A stretch of DNA of 64,000 nt from an uncultured Poribacteria bacterium (GTDB taxonomy: Bacteria; Poribacteria; WGA-4E; WGA-3G), in assembly GCA_958296135.2 (NCBI GenBank), contig CATQHZ020000001.1, positions 288,001-352,000 of the forward strand. The letters run 5' to 3'. The notes below the pieces were generated by a model. It searched no databases, was not told the origin of the DNA, and saw nothing but the letters and a program-made list of their open reading frames with translations. Both the position numbers and the translations under genes were made by a program. Below, one piece after another: positions 9,742-19,473 of the stretch (positions are counted from its first letter, which is position 1; each line of letters starts with the position of its first letter).

Positions 9742-9954
9742 CTAAACAGGCGCAGGCATCCGGGAGATAACCTTCGTGACTTTCCCACTACGCAAACATT
9801 TGGTGCAGACTCGCACACGTCTCGCCCCAGATTCGGTTTGAATACGCACACGCTGCAGGTTCGGAAGCCACCGCCGCTTCGTATGACGCCGCGATTTGCT
9901 GATCTGGTTGCCTGCCATCGGACGTTTGCCACAGACAGTACAGACTCGTGACAT
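9742..9954 (-). CDS. rpmB: 50S ribosomal protein L28 (CxxC/CxxC zinc-binding form)
   Basis: MSRVCTVCGKRPMAGNQISKSRRHTKRRWLPNLQ...VCTKCLRSGKV. SD GAGGAGG upstream. Confidence 0.95.
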   Translation of the reverse strand: MSRVCTVCGKRPMAGNQISKSRRHTKRRWLPNLQRVRIQTESGARRVRVCTKCLRSGKVTKVISRMPAPV

Positions 9955-10022
9955 TGGATTATGCCTCCTCTCTTTTTTCGCTTGAATTGAATGAATAAAT
10001 CGGTTAAAATAATGTCTATATA

Positions 10023-10051
10023 AGGATACCACATTCTCAGGGAAAATGCAA
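10023..10051 (-). promoter_or_regulatory. Sigma70-like promoter for rpmB
   Basis: TTGCAT-N17-TATCCT with an extended -10 TG. Confidence 0.55.
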
Positions 10052-10072
10052 ATTTTTTTAGGAAATAAACCA

Positions 10073-10843
10073 ATGCTACAAAAAACCGCCTGGCTCTTAC
10101 TCTTATGCCTCCTCGCATGCAGCGGGGCAGACGAAGAAACGCCGGAACAGCCCACCGCGCCGATTGTCATTGAATACGGCACCGTCTCCGGCACCGTCAC
10201 CCATGGCAACACGAGAAACCCGATTCCCGGTGCCGTTGTCAGATTGTTGGAGCAGTCCATGGAAACCGGCATCGATGGCGTTTACACTTTCCAAGGCATC
10301 CCTTACGCCGATACCTACACGCTTGTCGTGGAAGATGCGAATTATCAACCCTATCAGCAATCCTTCGCGCTCGGACAAGAACGCTTAGTGCTAAATATCG
10401 CGCTAATGCCGCTGCGCGACACAGCAGAGGAACTCCAAGAATTTCTGGATAACTTCTCTGAACTGCTTGAATCCTTAACACTAGAAAACTTGGAGCAAAT
10501 CGAGACGCTCTTCTCGGAAACCTACGTCGCCGCCGATGACGAGGCAACTATCTTCGGAGTGCTCTCTGGCATCATCCCCGAAAATTATGACGACGTTATC
10601 CCAGCCGTAACACAACTCTTTGAAGAATACGTATCCCTTGAATTCCGCTTTAAAGATGTCCAAGTAGATGTAACGCACGCGCGGAAAGCCTCGGTAATCC
10701 TATCGCTTGACGTTACGGCAGAAAAGGGGGAAGAGCGCGACCTCAGTGAAATCAAGGCGCGCTGCCAATTTGATTTTCGCCGAGAACAATCCGATTGGAA
10801 GATTGTCTACTGGCAGTTGTTTGAGATTGACATCCGGTTGTAG
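10073..10843 (+). CDS. Lipoprotein with a carboxypeptidase-regulatory-like (Ig) domain and a probable NTF2-like C-terminal domain
   Basis: Lipobox LLAC, GTVSGTVT...PIPGAVV...TGIDGVYTF, and C-terminal FRREQSDWKIV. Confidence 0.7.
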   Translation: MLQKTAWLLLLCLLACSGADEETPEQPTAPIVIEYGTVSGTVTHGNTRNPIPGAVVRLLEQSMETGIDGVYTFQGIPYADTYTLVVEDANYQPYQQSFALGQERLVLNIALMPLRDTAEELQEFLDNFSELLESLTLENLEQIETLFSETYVAADDEATIFGVLSGIIPENYDDVIPAVTQLFEEYVSLEFRFKDVQVDVTHARKASVILSLDVTAEKGEERDLSEIKARCQFDFRREQSDWKIVYWQLFEIDIRL

Positions 10844-10859
10844 CAGCAGTCCGAACCCG

Positions 10860-10917
10860 GTAGGCGCGGTTTCAAACCGCGCACCCCGCACAGCACCCTT
10901 GCAAAGCGCGCCTACCT
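10860..10917. repeat. Inverted REP family B pair
   Basis: GTAGGCGCGGTTTCAAACCGCGC followed by CTTGCAAAGCGCGCCTAC. Confidence 0.75.
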
Positions 10918-10934
10918 GTGCAGAATGAGGTAAC

Positions 10935-12089
10935 ATGCAACAATTTAACAACATCCTTGTCGACGACACCATCAAAAGCGTCTACGGACTCGCCATCGCG
11001 GATATCAACGGCGACAGCAGACTAGATATCATCGCTGGCTCCACTGCTGAACCCATCCTCGCATGGTATGAGGCACCCCACTGGCAAAGGCACATCGTAA
11101 CAGACGAGGGAAGTGGGCACATTACCATTGCACCCCATGATCTTACCGGGAACGGCGTTCCTGAACTCATCGTCGGAAGCGGTTTCAATAGGGGCGTGAA
11201 CGCAGCAGAAGGATATCTGCAGTGGCTGGAGGCACCAACCCAACCTCACCAGAATTGGACGAGCCACCGCATCGCCGATGTACCGTTCATCCACCGAATC
11301 GCGCTCGCGAACTTCGCACCGAACGAAAATAGGCCGAACCCGCCTGAACCCAACTTCCTCATCGTCGCATCCATCAGAGGCCCAGACGGCAAACCGGGCG
11401 AATGGCACAGCCCTGGTTCCCTCTGGTGTTATGAATTGCCCGACAATCCGCACGCCACATGGCATAGACGTTTAATTGATGACGCACTCCATATCAACCA
11501 CGGACTCAGCATTAACGACATCGCTCTTGACGGACGAGACGATGTGCTGATTAGCTGCACCGAAGGACTCATCTGGTACGAACCACCCACCGCACCGATG
11601 ACAGGCGAATGGCGCAAGTGGCTCATCAGCAATAGAGAATGCAGCGATGCCTTCGCAGCGGACATTGACGGAGACGGCATCAACGAAATTCTGGCGATTG
11701 AACCGTGGCATGGCAACAACCTCGTCTGGTACAAAGCGACAGGCGATTTACGGCAAGACCCGTGGCATCGCCACCTAATCGACGATACGCTCAACCGGGG
11801 GCATTCCCTCGCCGCCGTCGACATCGATGGCGATGGCCTGTTAGAAATCATCTGCGGCTACAACGGCGAAGGAACAAGTCTGCATCTCTACCGCCCAGAA
11901 GAACTCGCGCAACATCGGTGGAACAAAGAGACAATTGACGCTGGCGGCCTAGGCGTTGGACAGATGCAAATCGTAGACATGAACGGAAACGGGCAGCTGG
12001 ATATCGTGGCGAGTGGGCTCAGCACGGGCAATGTGAAGTGGTATGAGAACCAAGGGGCTGCGCTGGCAAACCGGCCCCTTTTACCGTAG
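10935..12089 (+). CDS. Cytoplasmic FG-GAP/VCBS beta-propeller, aldos-2-ulose dehydratase-like
   Basis: Repeated DxDGDG motifs, IHRIA, HG, EPWHGN and GHSL. No signal peptide. Confidence 0.7.
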   Translation: MQQFNNILVDDTIKSVYGLAIADINGDSRLDIIAGSTAEPILAWYEAPHWQRHIVTDEGSGHITIAPHDLTGNGVPELIVGSGFNRGVNAAEGYLQWLEAPTQPHQNWTSHRIADVPFIHRIALANFAPNENRPNPPEPNFLIVASIRGPDGKPGEWHSPGSLWCYELPDNPHATWHRRLIDDALHINHGLSINDIALDGRDDVLISCTEGLIWYEPPTAPMTGEWRKWLISNRECSDAFAADIDGDGINEILAIEPWHGNNLVWYKATGDLRQDPWHRHLIDDTLNRGHSLAAVDIDGDGLLEIICGYNGEGTSLHLYRPEELAQHRWNKETIDAGGLGVGQMQIVDMNGNGQLDIVASGLSTGNVKWYENQGAALANRPLLP

Positions 12090-12357
12090 CGCGGCGGCCT
12101 GTCCGCCGCGATCCCTCGACCTGACCGGAAAACGCCTTTTATGCCGTCGTAGGGCGAGGGCCTGTCCCTCGCCAACCTGTCCCTTCCCCGTAGCGCGAGA
12201 GCCGTGGGGCTGCGCTGGCAAACCGGCCCCTTTTACCGTAGCGCGGCGGCCTGTCCGCCGCGATCCCTCGACCTGACCGGAAAACGCCTTTTATGCCGTC
12301 GTAGGGCGAGGGCCTGTCCCTCGCCAACCTGTCCCTTCCCCGTAGCGCGAGAGCCGT
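12054..12357. repeat. Tandem duplication, 2 x 152 bp, built from REP family A units
   Basis: 12054-12205 is repeated at 12206-12357. Each copy holds GTAGCGCGGCGGCCTGTCCGCCGCG and GTAGGGCGAGGGCCTGTCCCTCGCC. Confidence 0.9.
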
Positions 12358-12504
12358 CACGGTCACGCCTACAGAAAACGTGCGTGTGTCGCCCCGCGTA
12401 AGCACGCTACCTTTAACTTTGTCATCTCTGCCGCCTCGCTGCAGAGATGTCCACTGTTCCTCGCAAACCCTTAAACTAAATGCCTCCGATTCCCTCCAAA
12501 AAAT

Positions 12505-12533
12505 TTGACATTTTCTCCATCGTTGGGTATAAT
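12505..12533 (+). promoter_or_regulatory. Perfect-consensus sigma70 promoter for the giant secreted protein
   Basis: TTGACA-N17-TATAAT. Confidence 0.8.
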
Positions 12534-12592
12534 ACATGTTAAATCTGCACGCGGAAACGCAGAAATCACCGATTTTATAGGAGAAATTGCGA

Positions 12593-15500
12593 ATGCAACT
12601 GATTACACTATCTAAAAAGAACTCCCCCTCACTTAACGAGGGGATAGCAACCCGTTTTTGCGGGACACAGAAACTTCTCGCGGGCCTTGTGTTATTGCTG
12701 TGCATCGGAATGACACCGGCAGTCCTAAGCCAAGACTTCACCTACACCGGCGAGAAAGTCGCAGCACAAGGTATTATTATCACTGCCATTGACCAGGACA
12801 TGAACACGCGCGTCCCGGCGCGTTCACTCGGCATTGACGGGCATGCCGCGCAAGCCTCCGCCTTTGAGGTAACCTACACCGGCTTCACCGCAGAAGCACA
12901 GGCCGCCTTTCAACACGCCGTGAACATCGCCTCAAGTATTATCTCATCCCCCGTGACAATCCGGGTAGCCGCGGCATTTACACAATTTGAGTCGCCAAAC
13001 ATCCTCGGCGGATCAAGCTCAAACTACATTCATCGGTTGAGCCTCGTGACCCGGGCAAGCCGGTTAGTGTTATGGGCACCGGACGCACTCGCCGATAAGA
13101 TTCTCCGCCGCGATCTCGTACCGGGGGAACCCGATATTGAGGCAGCATTTACCAACAGAGCCGGCGTATGGTATTACGGAACAGATGGAAATACGCCCCC
13201 TGGTCAGTACGATTTTGTGACAGTAGTGCTTCATGAACTGTTTCACGGGCTCGGTTTCTCGGGGGAAGGCGGACCACTGCGCACGGATCCAACGCAGGCC
13301 ACCGTTCGACTTCTGGGCAGCCCTGGGTTTTACGATTTCTTTGTCATTGAGGGCGCAACGACTACGCTCGCAGATAGGTTGATAGCAAAATACCCAGACC
13401 CCTCCGCTGCACTCCTCACCGCCATGACAGGCGGAAATCTCTACTGGGTTGGAGCAAACGGAGTCACGAACAACGGGGGAAATCGCCCAAAACTTTACGC
13501 ACCGAATCCTTGGAATCAGGGTTCCAGTTACGCCCATTTAGACGAGGCCACCTATCCAGCCGGCAATCCGAACTCTTTGATGACACCGCGGGTTGGACGC
13601 GCGGAATCCATTCATGACCCGGGCGATATCGTCCGCGGGATGTTCACCGATATGTTCTGGGGAGCTATCCCCGACGCTCCGACGTTAACCTTCACGGAAC
13701 CTACCGGCACGCAGACCGGGAGCTTCAACGTGTCCATCACTTTCTCTGAAAGCGTCACCGGTTTTGATGCAAACGATGTCTCACTCAGGACAAGTTTGAC
13801 TGCAGGCGCAGGAAACCCGACGCTCAGCGTCTCGGGGAGTGGCACAACCTACACGGTGAGCGTCACCCCAGCAGCAAACACCGCGGGGTATGTTATCCTC
13901 TCCGTACGGCAAAATGCAGCAACTGCCGGCACCACCGTCATTCCGGCACCATCCATCAGCCAAGATGCCGAGGCAATTCTGTTTGACACACACACCTTAG
14001 ATACCGGCGCACCGACAGTTGTCATCAGCGGACCGGAACGGGCGAACGCCGCCTTTGACCTAACGTTTAATTTCTCGGAGGCACTCGGCCCAGGAGCCAA
14101 CGAATTTACTGCAACGGATATTAGTGCCAGCGGACCGGGCACGACGAATCCCACTGTCAGTGAACCCAGTTTGACAGATAGCACCGCGCACATCTACACG
14201 GTGAGCGTCACACCAGCAAGTACGGCAACCGATGGAGACATCACGGTGACGTTGAATGCCGGCGGCGTTCAAGATACCGCAGGAAACGCCATCGCCGCAG
14301 CGGGCATCAACACCGCCACTGTGAAGTATGATATTACGCCACCGGCGGTGACAGTTGCACGCCCGAGACTGCAGGGGGGCACCCCGCAGACCGGCACAGC
14401 ACATCACCCTTTCACAGTGCAAATTGATTTTAATGAACCCGTAACCGGTTTTGAGACAAGCGACATCACCCTCAACTCCGGTGCTGTCACATCCCTCGCC
14501 GGCTCAAGCGAGAACTACATCGCTACTATCACACCGGCGGCTGATGGAGACATCGTCGTCACCGTCCATACGACAGGCGTGACAGACCTGGCTGGCAACG
14601 CCGGCACCACGCCTTTTAGTGTCACCGTGTCTTATGATGCCGGGCCCACGGTCACTATGAGCACACCGAAGGAATACGTCAACACCGATTTTGTCGTCAT
14701 TTATACGTTTAATGAGAAATTGGATGCCACCTCGTTCACCCCCTCGGATATCATTGTCCTCCCCGACACGGCAATTCTCCAGAGCGGCCCAACGAAGAAT
14801 ACCAGCGACGAGAAAATCTGGACAACAACTATCCGCCCCACAGCCGAGGGGCCTGTAGCGGTTATCTTGAAGAGAGAAAGTGTCACGGACGAGACAGGGA
14901 ATGCCCTTGTCAACACCGGCTCAACCCGAGATGTCACCGTCATCTATGATAGCACCCAACCGACGGTGGCTGTCAGCGCACCGACAACGGCGGCAGCAGC
15001 CTATCATCTGACTTTCACGTTCAGCGAAGAGATAGACGAGCATTCGTTTGCTGAAACGGATGTCACACTCACCGGTGCAAGTGCCTTTGGTGCAGCGAAG
15101 GGGCCACCAACGCCGGACCCGGCCGATGCAAAAGTCTACCAGATGCTCATCACTCCAGCAGCAGCATCCTCAACGGGCGGTGACATCATCGCTACTCTGA
15201 CTGCAGCAAGCGTGACAGACCTGGCAGGGAATCCTTTCTCTACCACCGGCACCGCTCTGTCGGCCACCACGACATACGCAAACGCACCGCCCACTTTCAA
15301 CAGTACCGATACTGCCTTCAACGTCGTTGAAAATAGCACACTAGTTGGCGACGCAAACGCGGTGAGTGCCACAGACTTAGACGCGCCAGACACTGTCACT
15401 TACTCGCTCAGCGGCGCAGATAGCGGGATTTTTACTATTTCATACACCGGCGTGTTGCAGTTCAGCACAACACCAAACTTCGAGAATCCGACAGACCAGG

Positions 15501-18500
15501 AAAGCGTGTTGCCCCCAAACACGGCGGGCAATAACGAATACATTGTTGAAGTCACAGCAACCGGTGGCACCGGCGAGCGCGCGAGAAACATCAGCAAAAT
15601 CCTCGTCGTCACCGTCACTGATGTCGCAGAACCGCCCGCAACTCCCTTGGCACCAACAGTGCTCTCCTTGTCCGCTACGAGTCTACACGTGACATGGACA
15701 GCCCCCGAAAACATAGGCCCGGAGATAATTGGCTACGATGTTCAATACCGCGAGGGAAGCACGGGCAACTGGATAGATGTATATCACCCTGATGCTAGCA
15801 CCACAACAACGATTAACGGGTTAAACCAGAACGCGGCGTATCAGGTGCAGGTACGCGCACAGAACGATGAAGGAACAAGCCCCTGGTCTGGCTGCTCCGC
15901 TCTTGTGGCATGCGCAAGCACAACATCAGCGGACCCGCAGGTGCTCACGCTAGAATCGATTACCCTCGTGAATGTGCAGCAAACTACCAATCCGCCGACT
16001 TTTGACGTGGCATTTCGTTTTTCGGATGCCCTCGCAACGACGGGCCCCGGCGCATTCACTATTGAAGATGTCAACCTCAGCACCGAGGACAACGCTACCG
16101 CAACCCTCAGTGCACCGGTTCATACGGATGTAAGCCAGCACATCTGGACTGTGACGCTCACACCAACAAGCGATGGCACTTTCACTTTCAACCTCAATCA
16201 CGGCAGTGTCACCAAGGCATCGGGGAACGCTTACGCGCTAGATGTCAGCAAGAACCTCGTTGTACCGTGGGATGTCTCGCCACCGGCAATCACCGGCGGC
16301 CTTCAATTCCCGCCGAATACACTCGCTCGTTATACCGCAGGCAACGTCATTGAGGTACAAGCAACGTTTGACGAAGACAACGTCAGATACACCGGCGCGC
16401 AGCCCTATATCATCATCTACGTCGGCGCAAATGAACGACAGGCGTATTGGGTACACCAGGAAGACACTAACTCAACGTTGGTGACGTTTGCCTATACCGT
16501 AACAACAGCGGATAACGCGCAGTATGTGAGCCCCAAACCGAATAGTTTAACGATTCCTGTCGGTGCTGACATCGTTGATGACGATGGGAATTCTGTGGTA
16601 ATGGCAGCCAAACGCGAGCAAAATCTACCGCCGGATGCGACGCTGGAAACGCCGATTCAAATTCCGACAGGCGATCCGCCGCCTATCCTGAACGTTCCCA
16701 TTATCGGAACACCCGAACCCGAACCAGAACCCGAACCAGAACCAGAACCTGTCACCGAAGAACCTTCTAGTAGCGGTGGCGGTGGTGGCGGCGGCGGCGG
16801 CGGAGGAGGAGGTGGTGGAGGGAGCCCCCGAGTCTCAAAAACCCGCGTGCCACGCACCCCGCTTATCTTCAACGAAATCGGCAACGGAACGGAGAACGAA
16901 AACGATTGGATTGAACTCCGCAACGTCACCGGCAAACCCGTGCCGCTCAAGAATTGGGAAATCAGCATCGTTGCAGATAACGAGAAAGCGGATAACTCGC
17001 TCGTCGAAATCCCAAATGGCGCGCAATATAGTCTCCCCGCCAACGGCATTTTGTTGCTGACAAGTACCGCGCCGGGTAAAACGCACCTCGCTGGTGGTGA
17101 AAACATCGCGAAAGCCGGCGGTGCCGGTCCCATTTCGCCGCTGTATCTGGTGGCGCCGAGACTCCACATCCCGAACGATGGGCAATTCCTGTTGATTCTC
17201 CGAAATGCCCGAAATCAGAACGGCAAACCGGCGAACATCACCGATCTGGCAGGAGGCGGCGGCAGAGATACCGATGCGTTCATCGCAGACAAGGCGCAAA
17301 CCATCCAAACGGACATCTGGCCGCTGAAGAATACGCGAACACCGGGCACGAACACTGAGGAGGCACTCATCGCGGACACCGTCTGGCGGCGCGACAACGC
17401 GAGAATCGTCGGCTATCATAAAGACGCATGGGCGAAAGCAGGTTACACCGGACTCGGATATGACAGACAGGTGCCCGCATCCTATGCCAACGGGGGCACC
17501 CCGGGCTACCCCAATGATGCTGTCAAGTCAAAAGCGTCCGATTTCGCCGATGGCACCACGGTGAGCATCAGTGAAATCATGTTCGCCGCAGGGAGCAACG
17601 GCAAGCTGCCGCAATGGCTAGAAATATACAATAGCTCACAAACGCAGGCAGTGAACCTGAAAGGCTGGAAACTTGAACTCCAGAACGCTGACTCTCCCGA
17701 TTTGCGGGGCAACCGGCGTGCCGCGCTAACGCTAGAGAAGCGGATAGTGCTGCCGCAGCAGCGGCTCCTGATTTTCTCGGCGAGCAGTCAGAACTCCGGC
17801 GAGCAACATTTTCCCTCCACGCGGCGGTATAGCCTCTATTACAACGAGACGCATCGAGCAGCACTCGGCATGAAGAACCAACGCGATACGGTGTTAAGTG
17901 CAGTCGGGTTCACGCTGAAACTCAGCGACGGTGAAGGCACATTGGTAGATACAGTCGGGAACCTCGCAGACACCACAGCGCAGGCAGTCCAATGGCAACT
18001 GCCGCAAGGGATGGATAAGGACGGTGTCCGAAGTTCCATGGTGCGCCGATATAACAACAAAGGGCTCCCTGGCACTGGCACGCAGCGGGCGGGCTGGGTG
18101 CGCACGGCGAGCCTCACCCTCACCGGCACGAAAACCTATTACGGGCATCCGACAGACATCGGCACGCCGGGGTATGCCAACAGCGGCCCTCCCGCAAGCC
18201 CAACCGCGGTTGATAGCGCGACGGTGGCACCTGTCGTGAAAGTTGCAACGCTGCCACCGATGTACTGGATAAACACCACATCGCGCAGGTTGTATCGCCT
18301 CACCGGCGCAACCGTGGCACCCTTTGTGCCAAATGTCCAAAACGCTACCAGCATCGCCATCGATATGGCGAGAGAGAAAATCTACTGGACTGAGCAGACT
18401 GGGGAACGAACCGGCCGCATTCGCCGAGCAGCCCTTGATGGCTCCAACGTTGAAGTCGTGAAAGTGCTCACTAGTGTGCCACGCGACCTGGCCATTGACG

Positions 18501-19342
18501 CAACGGGAGCCAAACTTTACTTGACGAACTCCTGGGGCAAAATCCAGCGTCTCAATCTTGACGGCTCCAACTTCCAATCCAATCTCATCACCGGATTGGA
18601 AGCACCACAGCATCTCGCCTTAGATGTATCCGGCGGCAAGTTCTACTGGACAGGGCCGCGGCGCATCTGGCGTGCAAACCTGAACGGGACAAACCGTGAA
18701 CAACTCGTTGCAGGCTTAGGCGAAATAGGCGGGCTCACCGTTGCAGGCAATAGAGTCTATTGGACAGAGAAGGAGCAAGATGCAGCGCGCGGCAGCATCC
18801 GCAGTGCAGCGCGCAACGGCTCCGACGTGAAGACACTGGCCACGTTAATGAGTGTTCCTGCCGGAATTGCGGTAGAGCCAGTCAGCAGGAACCTCTATTG
18901 GACGAACGCCAAAGGCAAGCTCCAGCGGGCGAACCTTGCGGGAAAACAGATCCAAGATGTCATTACGGGCTTGGGCCTACCCGCCGCCCTTGCCTTGGGG
19001 GCAGCACCGCAGCCCGCAGCACCGGCCGTGCTTGCCGCATCTCCACCTGAGCAAACGGCCCTGCTGCCCAACTACCCGAATCCGTTCAACCCGGAGACAT
19101 GGCTGCCGTATCAGTTAGCAAAACCTGCCGAGGTTACGGTGACGATTTATGCCGCAAACGGCACAGTCGTGCGAACGTTGGCGTTAGGACATCGGCGTGC
19201 AGGACGCTATGAAAGTCAGAGCCGCGCGGCGTATTGGGATGGACAGAATGCGGCCGGAGAACCGGTTGCAAGTGGACTGTATTTCTGGACACTGACAGCA
19301 GGCGAGTTCACGGCCACGCGGAGGCTGCTCCTCTTAAAGTAA
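12593..19342 (+). CDS. Giant secreted multidomain protein: zinc metallopeptidase, bacterial Ig repeats, cadherin, FN3, PE/G linker, two lamin-tail domains, YWTD propeller, FlgD/T9SS-like C-terminal domain
   Basis: Signal peptide; HELFHGLGF; FSExVTGF/DxAGN Ig repeats; ENST..ATDLD..PNFENP..DVAEPP cadherin; LHVTWTAP..YDVQYR FN3; IFNEI..DWIELRN and ISEIMF..QWLEIYN; YWTE/YWTN repeats; LLPNYPNPFNPETWLPYQL. Confidence 0.85.
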   Translation: MQLITLSKKNSPSLNEGIATRFCGTQKLLAGLVLLLCIGMTPAVLSQDFTYTGEKVAAQGIIITAIDQDMNTRVPARSLGIDGHAAQASAFEVTYTGFTAEAQAAFQHAVNIASSIISSPVTIRVAAAFTQFESPNILGGSSSNYIHRLSLVTRASRLVLWAPDALADKILRRDLVPGEPDIEAAFTNRAGVWYYGTDGNTPPGQYDFVTVVLHELFHGLGFSGEGGPLRTDPTQATVRLLGSPGFYDFFVIEGATTTLADRLIAKYPDPSAALLTAMTGGNLYWVGANGVTNNGGNRPKLYAPNPWNQGSSYAHLDEATYPAGNPNSLMTPRVGRAESIHDPGDIVRGMFTDMFWGAIPDAPTLTFTEPTGTQTGSFNVSITFSESVTGFDANDVSLRTSLTAGAGNPTLSVSGSGTTYTVSVTPAANTAGYVILSVRQNAATAGTTVIPAPSISQDAEAILFDTHTLDTGAPTVVISGPERANAAFDLTFNFSEALGPGANEFTATDISASGPGTTNPTVSEPSLTDSTAHIYTVSVTPASTATDGDITVTLNAGGVQDTAGNAIAAAGINTATVKYDITPPAVTVARPRLQGGTPQTGTAHHPFTVQIDFNEPVTGFETSDITLNSGAVTSLAGSSENYIATITPAADGDIVVTVHTTGVTDLAGNAGTTPFSVTVSYDAGPTVTMSTPKEYVNTDFVVIYTFNEKLDATSFTPSDIIVLPDTAILQSGPTKNTSDEKIWTTTIRPTAEGPVAVILKRESVTDETGNALVNTGSTRDVTVIYDSTQPTVAVSAPTTAAAAYHLTFTFSEEIDEHSFAETDVTLTGASAFGAAKGPPTPDPADAKVYQMLITPAAASSTGGDIIATLTAASVTDLAGNPFSTTGTALSATTTYANAPPTFNSTDTAFNVVENSTLVGDANAVSATDLDAPDTVTYSLSGADSGIFTISYTGVLQFSTTPNFENPTDQESVLPPNTAGNNEYIVEVTATGGTGERARNISKILVVTVTDVAEPPATPLAPTVLSLSATSLHVTWTAPENIGPEIIGYDVQYREGSTGNWIDVYHPDASTTTTINGLNQNAAYQVQVRAQNDEGTSPWSGCSALVACASTTSADPQVLTLESITLVNVQQTTNPPTFDVAFRFSDALATTGPGAFTIEDVNLSTEDNATATLSAPVHTDVSQHIWTVTLTPTSDGTFTFNLNHGSVTKASGNAYALDVSKNLVVPWDVSPPAITGGLQFPPNTLARYTAGNVIEVQATFDEDNVRYTGAQPYIIIYVGANERQAYWVHQEDTNSTLVTFAYTVTTADNAQYVSPKPNSLTIPVGADIVDDDGNSVVMAAKREQNLPPDATLETPIQIPTGDPPPILNVPIIGTPEPEPEPEPEPEPVTEEPSSSGGGGGGGGGGGGGGGGSPRVSKTRVPRTPLIFNEIGNGTENENDWIELRNVTGKPVPLKNWEISIVADNEKADNSLVEIPNGAQYSLPANGILLLTSTAPGKTHLAGGENIAKAGGAGPISPLYLVAPRLHIPNDGQFLLILRNARNQNGKPANITDLAGGGGRDTDAFIADKAQTIQTDIWPLKNTRTPGTNTEEALIADTVWRRDNARIVGYHKDAWAKAGYTGLGYDRQVPASYANGGTPGYPNDAVKSKASDFADGTTVSISEIMFAAGSNGKLPQWLEIYNSSQTQAVNLKGWKLELQNADSPDLRGNRRAALTLEKRIVLPQQRLLIFSASSQNSGEQHFPSTRRYSLYYNETHRAALGMKNQRDTVLSAVGFTLKLSDGEGTLVDTVGNLADTTAQAVQWQLPQGMDKDGVRSSMVRRYNNKGLPGTGTQRAGWVRTASLTLTGTKTYYGHPTDIGTPGYANSGPPASPTAVDSATVAPVVKVATLPPMYWINTTSRRLYRLTGATVAPFVPNVQNATSIAIDMAREKIYWTEQTGERTGRIRRAALDGSNVEVVKVLTSVPRDLAIDATGAKLYLTNSWGKIQRLNLDGSNFQSNLITGLEAPQHLALDVSGGKFYWTGPRRIWRANLNGTNREQLVAGLGEIGGLTVAGNRVYWTEKEQDAARGSIRSAARNGSDVKTLATLMSVPAGIAVEPVSRNLYWTNAKGKLQRANLAGKQIQDVITGLGLPAALALGAAPQPAAPAVLAASPPEQTALLPNYPNPFNPETWLPYQLAKPAEVTVTIYAANGTVVRTLALGHRRAGRYESQSRAAYWDGQNAAGEPVASGLYFWTLTAGEFTATRRLLLLK
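16711..16821 (+). repeat. Low-complexity coding repeats: (Pro-Glu)n and a poly-Gly linker
   Basis: GAACC(C/A) hexamers followed by a run of GGN codons. Confidence 0.85.
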
Positions 19343-19361
19343 GGCCGCCGGCTTTTGTTCC

Positions 19362-19443
19362 GTAGGGCGCGGGCCCGGCGAGCGCGAATCGCCGGCCCCG
19401 TCCTCCGCCGTTTATACCGTAGGGCGAGGGCCTGTGCCTCGCC
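19362..19443. repeat. REP family A pair, the first carrying a CGGCGAGCGCGAATCGCCG insert
   Basis: GTAGGGCGCGGGCC-CGGCGAGCGCGAATCGCCG... and GTAGGGCGAGGGCCTGTGCCTCGCC. Confidence 0.75.
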
Positions 19444-19473
19444 GAGTCGAAAAACACGCACGAGGAAACCACC

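Noticed and set aside
9955-10272. 176 aa ORF containing rpmB
   Set aside because: Only the last 70 aa are L28, and an SD precedes the ATG at 9954.
11310-11352. Possible REP-linker-derived loop (APNENRPNPPEPN) in the propeller protein
   Set aside because: Similarity to the array linker is limited to about GAACGAAAA, too short to support.
16773-16821. Gly-codon run as a phase-variation tract
   Set aside because: It is a mixed-codon triplet repeat, so slippage would keep the frame. It is a linker.
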